Assembly: GCF_001194135.2 (NCBI RefSeq)
Contig: NC_068986.1
Coordinates: forward strand, 936,299-996,477
Source: Octopus bimaculoides
Taxonomy: Eukaryota
DNA length: 60,179 nt
Reading direction: 5' to 3'
The translations under genes and the position numbers were made by a program. Below the pieces are notes generated by a model that had not been told where the DNA came from, did no database searches, and saw only the letters and a list, made by a program, of their open reading frames with translations. This document shows, piece after piece, positions 51,713 through 60,179 of this stretch (positions within the stretch are counted from its first letter, which is position 1; each line of letters begins with the position of its first letter).

Positions 51713-51876
51713 TACATTATTTACATTTGACGGATATTTGTCTTCATCTTGTTTGTTGTTAACACAACGTTTCGGCTGATATTCCCTCCAGCCTTCATCA
51801 GGTGTCTTGGGGGAATTTCGAACCTGAGTTCTCATTCCTAAGGTATTTTTCGATGTTGTTGTTGCTGTTGTTGTTG

Positions 51877-51927
<51 letters not shown>

Positions 51928-51996
51928 TCACTGCCTGGAATCGAACTCGTAATCTTGGTGTTAGTAGCCTGTGCTCTTAACCACTACGCCATATGC
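51713..51996 (-). mobile_element. tRNA-head SINE-like element: Pol III A/B boxes, (AAT)n(AAC)n spacer, hammerhead-bearing tail
   Basis: A box TGGCGTAGTGG (51991-51981) and B box GAGTTCGATTCC (51948-51937); no T4 run until 51707-51704, just past the element end. Confidence 0.8.
51761..51806 (-). ncRNA. Minimal type I hammerhead ribozyme motif
   Basis: GACAC-CUGAUGA-A-GGCUG-(GAGGGAAUAU)-CAGCC-GAAAC-GUU-GUGUU: stem I GACAC/GUGUU, stem II GGCUG/CAGCC, loop-less palindromic stem III, predicted cleavage after GUU. Confidence 0.75.
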
Positions 51997-52039
51997 ACCT
52001 GATGAAGGCTGGAGGGTATATCAGCCGAAACGTTGTGTT
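51994..52039 (+). ncRNA. Second minimal type I hammerhead ribozyme motif (inverted copy)
   Basis: GCAC-CUGAUGA-A-GGCUG-(GAGGGUAUAU)-CAGCC-GAAAC-GUU-GUGU; part of a 92-bp arm (51996-52087) inverted relative to 51713-51804. Confidence 0.75.
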
Positions 52040-52643
52040 AACAACAAACAAGATAAGGACAAATATCCATCACATGTAAATAATGTACATAATTCCTCAT
52101 CTCTATAACTGGATAAAATATTTTGTTTGTTAAATTATTTCTTATTCCATAAAGATCAAGACAATGTTATGAACACTTGATATTAAATAAAGGTTCATTG
52201 GCAAAATAGAGCATAGAACAAATGCTTTGCGATGAATTGTTATGACATATTTTTCCTTTTGAGTTCAAATCGCGCCTTTTATTTATGTGGTGGTTGGGTC
52301 TACAAATATGTTCTAGCGGAATAATGAGGTCAGTCTAATCGACTGCATTCACTCTCCAAATACTCGTATACTATCCCTGTCTAAAAACCAGATGTATTTA
52401 GATCAACTCTTTACAGACTGAGTTCAGACGTGGTGAGATCAACTTTCATTCCGACGAAAATCGATAATATAAAGTAATCAGTCCAGTACAAAAGTCGATT
52501 TATATTCCTTTTTTTTTTTGCATCTTAGATATGAATGGAATAATAGATTGCAGAAGATAAAAAGCTTTATTCAGTACGAAAGCATGGCGCACAATTGTGT
52601 AATGTTGATATTCGATCGCTGCTGTCTTTACTCAATTGTTAAA

Positions 52644-52652
52644 TCACGTGTC
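52644..52652 (+). promoter_or_regulatory. E-box / CLEAR-like motif TCACGTGTC just upstream of the SNX6 ATG
   Basis: TCACGTG about 20 nt upstream of the ATG in a CpG-retaining promoter-like region; function inferred only. Confidence 0.3.
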
Positions 52653-52669
52653 ATAATTGTCGGGCAGCC

Positions 52670-52675
52670 ATGATG
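52670..52675 (+). CDS. SNX6: Sorting nexin 6 (SNX5/6/32 family), coding part of exon 1 (Met-Met)
   Basis: GCAGCC-ATG-ATG|GTGGGT donor; splicing to 52814 gives MMDGLDDSPDLLGGDQNK, like the recalled human SNX6 start MMEGLDDGPDFLSEEDRG. Confidence 0.75.
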
Positions 52676-52813
52676 GTGGGTGGATGTCGGCTCCGATCGA
52701 CTTTCTCTTACTTTTTCTCATCATTTCTTATTATTTCTGACAATTTAATCTCATTGAAGCCTGATGCTTTACCCTATATTCAAATTCGTATTCACGTTTT
52801 TCTTTTCCTTTAG

Positions 52814-52861
52814 GACGGACTAGATGACAGTCCCGACCTTTTAGGCGGTGATCAGAACAAG
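52814..52861 (+). CDS. SNX6: Sorting nexin 6, exon 2 (48 nt, phase 0-0)
   Basis: TTTTTCTTTTCCTTTAG| acceptor and AAG|GTAAGC donor; encodes DGLDDSPDLLGGDQNK. No PX-domain exon found in the remaining 7 kb, so the gene should continue beyond the window. Confidence 0.8.
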
Positions 52862-55800
52862 GTAAGCACTTCTCTCTTCATTTCAAACCATTTGTTATTG
52901 AAGACGAAGACAGTAATTGATTGATTGATAAACTTTTCCTCTTCACTTTACAACTGTTTCTTTATTACCGTTTCCTTTCAAGCGACAGGAAACGGGCCGT
53001 CTTCACGTTCCTAACTTTTTATACCTCTTTCTCCGAGCCTTGTCGTCGAGTCCTTCCTCTGAGGGTCAATATTTTCACTCCCTCTTTTGTAAAACTCGAA
53101 TTATTTTCAGTCAAAAATTGATGTTAATACATTTCAGTCTTATTTTATGTTTATTAATATTAAATGCAGTTTCGATTCTCGCTAGTACTGAATATGATTT
53201 TTTATTCACACCCCCTACATGTGATATATAATATATTTGTCCATGTGACTTGTATAACTGACATTGATGATACATTAATAAAAAGAAATTTAATGATTGT
53301 CAGAAGTAGTTTTAATCCCTCGTCAAAATACGGCCACTAAAGTTTTCATTAATTTCAATGCTGTGAGGTTTCCATAGTTTTGTTGAAACAAAAACTGAAC
53401 GTTTCGTTGAATTAACAGTAAAAGCGTGTTTAGTTATAAATGACATTTAATGCTGCGATTGGTTTTATAATCTACATAAGTTATTTATTAACTGCTATTA
53501 TTTGTACATAAGAAAATTAAGACAAAACTATGCAACAAAATATTTCACAAGATCCACTCTATCACAATTTAATATAATATATTGTACATGACGATGGTAG
53601 AAGTTTTACTTACAAGGCGAATAGACTCAATAAATCCTTAGTTAGATATTAAAAATTATTTTATTATCTGTGTGATTCGAATGTAGAGTTGACGGTTGAC
53701 TCGTTTGTGACACCCCAATTAAGTAATTGAGTTCATGGTGATGTCTTCGTGTTTCTAAATTGTACTTCATGATACAAAAACAGTTTCTTGGTCCTCCAAA
53801 TTCTCAACCCCCGTTATGTATATTAAATATTCCTTATTGCTCATTATTCACTTCAATATGTAATTTAAATAACAGTGCAATTTTCGAAAGAATCGCAGAT
53901 TTTGTTTCCTTCTAAATATCAAAGTTTCTAAGTAAGTGGACTATTGAGTAAATTGGTCTTATAGATATATGTAAAGATACTGTTAGAGCCAAAGAGAGGC
54001 CTGCTATGTGGTCGATTGATTTGCTAGGAATGGCAATAAAATCTTATTCATACCCTACTATGCCGTCTGATAGAAAAGACACATGGGAAAATACAGTGCT
54101 TAGTTCATGATTTGATAAACGACATGCAGGACTGGAACGTTTTTGATCAGATGTTAGCTGTGTCAGGACGGGTCTACGATAAAAGAACTCGTGCTTTAGA
54201 TGTGTGCCGACCCCCAGTGGTCACTATTGTATGGGTTATTGAAAGAGTGAGAGACTTATTGTGAATAAAACGGTCACACACGAGAATATTTTGTTTCTCA
54301 AGTTATAAAGAAATATTTTGTTTGGCATAATTTCGCTGAATGTTATAAGGATTTTATATTTCCTTGTGTCCTACATATTTCCCCGTAAATATAATTTCAG
54401 TTATCTTTTTCTCCGCCAAAAGGCTTCGTTCAAAATGTTAGTTTTTACTTCCCTCCAGTCACATGAAAACAACATTTTTATCTCTATTTCCATTATCTGT
54501 GTGCCTGTCGTTTATATGACGAACAAAATCATAAGGTGGTTGCTGTCACCCGATTTTCTCTTTCGGGAAAACGAACGACGAAAAGCCATTAACTACTTCT
54601 CTCGGGAGTAGATTTTTATTTCGGCTTCAGTGAATTTGATTTTTAAAAAATTAAGTCCTTCCTTCGAAAGTTATACTTGAGTTTATTACGAATATTTGTA
54701 TCCATCCGGTGGGCGTAACCCAGTAACCTGCTCTTCAAATTTTTTGAAGTTTGATGCTGGTGTACCTCTTTCCTTATAGTTCTTGTCTCTGTTAATAACT
54801 GGTTATTAACAAGAATTCGCCATTGTCTTAAGACCAATATAAATAATAAAACATGTACAGCTGCCGGAGAATGTAGTTTAGAATTCGATTAGGATTCGAT
54901 TTATTGGTTAGTATTTGTTTCGTTTAACGCATACTAGACTGATGGTCCCATTGTGATCAATATACACATATACAGGCACGTTCATGCGTGAAACACACAC
55001 ACACACACACACAGAGTATGACTTTATAGCGATCTTTGAGTGAAAGTTGAAACGACGATATTTCTTTGCAACGAAAATTCTTTAATCGTTATATGGTTAG
55101 GATGATCACTTGATATCCTCCATCCTATGGGTTTTTTTTAAAATTTGTTTTGTTTAGGAGATTCATCGATTAAGCTTGATTTATGGGTCTTATTTTCAAA
55201 TTAAAATTTTATTTAGCTTTTGTCAGATGAAAACTAATTCAAGCATGATTTTTTTTTACTGAACACCGAACTCAAAGAATTGATGCTTTGGGTTTATTGC
55301 AACATCTCAAATATCTACAATTGCCTTAGTACATTTTGCACCTATGTTAAGGTTTTCAAATTTTTAAAGCTCCTCCAGCCTACCAATTTAGAGCCCCAGG
55401 TCGATCTTGTGAGTGAATTTGGTAGATGGACACTGTGGGAAACTTGTGTCCCCATAACAGTGATTCAAGAAAAGAAGACCATTAGAATGAGCACCAGATT
55501 TAATGTGCTGGAGTTTTCTTAAACTAAACTCTTTAAGGCTGTGCTCCGGGCTGCTGTTGAATGACTGAAACAAGTAAAAGATGAAATTGCAGTTACTGTT
55601 GTATGAAACACAATACTAAAAAGGGAAAGAAAAAAAACAAACAAACTATCTTTCCCTCTAATCCCAAACTCTACCCCACATCTCTACCCATTAACTTTGT
55701 ATACAATACCTCTGCAATTGAAACGATTGCACTCAATGCCCATGTTGTCTCCATATTCTCATACACACGTTTGTATATGGTACCTCTGTAAACCAAACTG

Positions 55801-57775
55801 TTTCATGCAAAATTAAACTTCTCTTGAATTCTCACCCTTCTCTGTCCCCAGTTAAGCAACTTTGGTTGCTAAAGTCCACTCATGTGATAACATTTAAAGG
55901 ATTTTAACACAGGGGTTCTTGTCTTTATTTAAAATCTGTAACCATTTTCTTATGTCCTTTACTAAAGAAGACCAACTCTTGCTAACTTTTCATGTTGTAC
56001 ACCTACTTAATCTATATTCCTACACGGTGACCATCAAGATGAATTTTGTAAATTGAGATCCAGCAGTGATTTTCTGTCCCATGTTACACATTAGAGTTCT
56101 TATGAACTTCAACAAGCTACTTGACATCAGTTGAGCTTTCATGAACCTTATGGCAGATTTGTTGTCCCCTCTGCCTAATACCAACTAATTGCTGTAGGTA
56201 TCTTCAACTCTATCTTACCTCTTAACTTCGAGGCCAATCATCATCTTTCTAAATTTCCTTTTTGTACATTAACAGGCTTTTGATGTTATTACGCTATGCA
56301 TTTGCTCATACCAATTAGCAGACTCTCTTTCCTTGCTTTTTACATATAGTTTTCGTCTGCAAACAACTTTTGAAACATCTCATGAAACCTTCACTCACTC
56401 CATGAACTGAGACCTTTGAATCATGAAAACTTATCTTGATCTCATTCAGCAAAATACACATCACAAATCGAGGACATAAACTTATACCAGATCAAGTGAT
56501 ATAACAGAGTTGTTAGTGTTGGTTAGAATGCCTCTTCTGTGCTTTGAATTCAAATCCTGCTGAGGTTAGCTTTGCCTGTCACCCTTTTAGATGGAACTGT
56601 AAGAATGTCTCACCAGATGTCTTTTGAAGTTTGTTCTGGCACTTTGCATTTTGAATTAAAATCCCACCTTGACCTGCCTGGGTTTTGGCCTTGATCTTTC
56701 ACCTGGCACCTTGGATCCTTTTGTGAATTTCGCTGTTGCAAGCATTTGGGCAAGGTCTCGAATTTGAAGCACCTTCCTCCCTCTTTACCACCTGTCTTGA
56801 AGGATTTTTAAGTGGTCAAAGGCACTGCCTTTGTACCTCGATACAGCTTGTATACTGAAGCCAAGGAGAGAGTCTGAACATTGATGCTTGATACGCTAGA
56901 AATAACAGCCAAATTCACTACAACCTACATCTTACCGATTTAAAAAAGATCACCTCAGAGAATGAAGCCTGAGTACACTGTTCTTGAAAATAAAATGGTT
57001 TGGATGTTTGGAATGACTTTCATTAGTCAACTTGGGACTAAACAACAACAAATCTCATCCTGTTGAACCTTTCCTTTTTTAGTGTGTGTTTATTTCTATA
57101 ATTAATTGTGGAGATACTTACTCTGCATAGTCCTTATCTAGAATTACTTGATATATCAGCTTTTCTTTTGCCTTCAGGTTTTACTCATCTCCCTGATCTC
57201 ATACTAAGCATTGAATTGTCCCAAACCTTTCCCCCCTAAAACAGGGAAATCATATCCATTATGTGGTTGTGATTCTAATTGCTTATCTGTTACATTTCCT
57301 GCTTAAATATCTGTAAGTAGATATCTGTTTGAAAAATGAAGGCAGGAAAAAGAGTTGAATTCTAGTGAAGTGAAGTGTTTAACACAGGATTTGAAGAGTG
57401 TAAAGTGAGACATTGTAGAAATGGTCATCGGTGGTGCCTAGCTCTGCTATAACAATCCTGTGATCAAATGATATTCTAGTTGTGACCATCTTGTCTTGTT
57501 CAAACATAGATAACATTACCCAATGTGTCCTTTCTTTTTTAAGATGGTAGGATGTAATTTGAGGGAAATTTGGCTGCTATTGGATCAGGCAATCACATTG
57601 AAGTACTTATTTCCTTGTAAAGTATGATGAGATATTAAGTTCAAAAGTAGGTGAGTGGAAAACTGCTTGTTTATGTTTGGGTGGTATATTTAATCTGATT
57701 TAATAAGGCCTTTGGATGCCTTTAGCTGAGTGTTTAGAACTTTCTTTACTTAGAGTATTTGCAAAGGGTCATGAA

Positions 57776-57941
57776 GAGGACTGTCTTAACAGCTTTATAG
57801 ACCCCTAAGCAAATCAATGCATTCGGACCTATAGTATTTGTTAACAGCATACCACAGTGTACATAAATTGGCGGTGGGCCCCAAGACTTGTGGGAACCCA
57901 AGGCAACTGCCCAGTAGGCTGGTGTCATTAAGATGGCTCAG
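57776..57941. mobile_element. hAT-type MITE (166 bp) with a perfect 8-bp TSD
   Basis: Ends GAGGACTGTCTTAA and TTAAGATGGCTCAG; GTCATGAA duplicated at 57768-57775 and 57942-57949. Confidence 0.8.
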
Positions 57942-59942
57942 GTCATGAATATTGTTTTCCCTCTAGACTGAGTGATATTAACAAGAAATAACAACAAAGT
58001 ATTGCCTTTTCATCACACATACGTTAACTTTTATGAAAACTATCATTACACATCCATCATACCATTGCTATTTCTTCACCATTTGTTCCAAATCCTTTGC
58101 AAGAACAGCTCTTTTTGCTATTATATAACATTAAACTTGTTATATATGCTTCATATAGTCTTCTTTTTCTTGGAGAAAGGAACCTTTTTGTTTCTAGCAC
58201 AGGTAAAATTCTCACTCTGAGCTTCTTATGTAACTTAGAGAGCAATGTCTCAGTAGATTGCATCTGTATGTAAAATACATGCCAGCACCACCATTTTGAC
58301 ATTAGCTTTTCCATGTGGAGTTTGTCTCCTCTGCTGTGCAGTGTATCATGTTTTGACTTGATTGTTTTTTAATCTCTTTCTTGAGACCTGTTATCCCGAG
58401 AGATTATCTCCTCAGTAAGATGATCAAAAACCTTGTTTAACACTCCCTCCCCACTTCATTATTCTGTATTTGAATGATTCCTTTAAGATTGTTAAAGAAA
58501 TAGCTATCTATCGACTGACTTCAATTCAGTGCCCTTCACTGAATTGGTGCTTTCCGAGGAGAGTTGAAGGAAATCAATATTGGCTGTGAATTTCCTGTTG
58601 ATAAACAAATCAGTTACTGAGCTACGTAACTCTGTCGGTCATATATGCTAGATTGACTCTGTCAGAGTAAATACCACGGTTTGCAGTGTTCTTTTGACCA
58701 TTTATGTTATTGCAGCAATTGAAAGTAGCTGGATTTCTAGAGCTAGCCACCTTATTCTTCACCACACACCTTTCAGTGTCAATTTTTTTTGTGTGTCAGA
58801 GTGAATGAACAGTCCTTAAAAATGACCTAATTCCATTCTCTCAAATTTTTTTTTTTTTTTTTTTTTTTTACAAATTTGTAAATCCTGAAAACTTAAGTTT
58901 CCCCTTATCTAAGATCAACTTCTGATGTAGTTGTGAAAGTAGTAACTTTACAGGTTCAAGAATAGATTGGGTTAAACTTGGAAAATTTGGACACGCTAGG
59001 TAAAAAGGTTGTTTAGCCTACTCTGCCCTGACAAACAGACTAAAAAAAAATTAAGTGTTCAAGCTGTGATCATCTCTTTGTATTGCAAGAACTAAGCTCT
59101 TTAAGGTCTTTCTCTTCCTAAGACAGTAGGGTGTTTAGCTGCTATTTCTAGAAGGTTGAGCAGCTGCACTTTGTTGGTTTGTGTGTAAGCAGTATTGTAA
59201 TTTTGTATTTGATGGAAGAAATGGAAAGCTATGATAGTTTGTGAGAATTTGGCAATTGATGAGATAATATTCTGCAGACTAAATCAATGCTGTCATAGCA
59301 TGGAAGACCTACTGGAAAACTGATCATTCCTCTTCAGCCATTGCAATTATCTTTATTGTTCTGGTATTGTACGTTATAGCTGGAATATATGCATTCAACC
59401 TTATGTAAAGAATTTCAGACCAGAGAAATTCAGAAATACCTAAATGTATTCAACCATTATTTGTCACAGTATCTTTCAAATGGAATAACTTATTGCCTTT
59501 TTGTTTTCTATTGGTTGGCTGCTTATACTGAAATCAAGTAGCTTAATCTAATTCTCAAACTATCATCTGAAGTTAAAGTGCAGTGTTTCTTCAGAGTTAC
59601 CACCACCACCACCACCACTACCATGCTATAGTCTCTCCTATAGTTTTCCTGATTATGAACTTTTGTCACTCAGATAACAATTTATCAACTGTTTAATGCT
59701 AAAAATCACAAGATTTAGATATGCTTGTGAGCATATTGTTTTTGTTAATCTTTATACCAGCGTGTGACACTTTAAGCCTGTCTCTGTCCTGTGTGTGAAT
59801 GTATTTGCAGCCATGTAGTTTCAGGTTTGGTCCCACTGCATTACATCTTGGGCAGGGTCTTCTACTATAGCACCAAAAATCAACCAATGTCCTGTGATTG
59901 GACTTGATCCACAGAAACTGAGAAGAAATCTATTTTGGATGG

Positions 59943-59976
<34 letters not shown>

Positions 59977-60179
59977 CATCATCATCGTTTAACGTCCGCT
60001 TTCCATGCTAGCATGGGTTGGACGATTTGACTGAGGACTGGTGAAACCGGATGGCAACACCAGGCTCCAGTCTGATTTGGCAGAGTTTCTACAGCTGGAT
60101 GCCCTTCCTAACGCCAACCACTCAGAGAGTGTAGTGGGTGCTTTTACGTGTCACCCGCACGAAAACGGCCACGCTCGAA
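59977..60179 (-). mobile_element. Young RTE-tail-type repeat, truncated by the window end
   Basis: About 97% identical to 8591-8786. Confidence 0.85.

Noticed and set aside
54643-54837. ORF with RLLGYAHRMD, weakly like the RTE RL.W.GHV.RM motif
   Set aside because: Too degenerate to call.

Overview
AT-rich, repeat-dense animal genomic DNA with six N gaps and many (TA)n/(CA)n/(ATT)n/(CAT)n microsatellites. The SINE families and the pattern of gaps next to microsatellites suggest a short-read octopus (coleoid cephalopod) scaffold; this is inference. Two host genes are recognisable, both on the + strand: the main coding exon of a CSKMT/METTL12-type lysine methyltransferase (34996-35633; first coding exon not resolved) and the first two coding exons of sorting nexin SNX6 (52670-52675 and 52814-52861). 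The rest is mobile DNA: tRNA-head SINEs, RTE and CR1/L2-type LINE remnants, a CRE-clade non-LTR retroelement, a Penelope-like endonuclease remnant, two mariner remnants, three hAT-type MITEs, a Mutator-type foldback MITE with internal telomeric repeats, a decayed 28S rRNA fragment and a tRNA-Lys pseudogene. The most unusual structure is at 51.7-52.1 kb: a Pol III (tRNA-head) SINE-like element carrying a minimal hammerhead ribozyme, abutted by an inverted second copy of the ribozyme-bearing tail, about 0.6 kb upstream of the SNX6 start codon. All alignments were made by eye and family assignments rest on recalled motifs; no database searches were run. Repeat boundaries are approximate unless a TSD is given.
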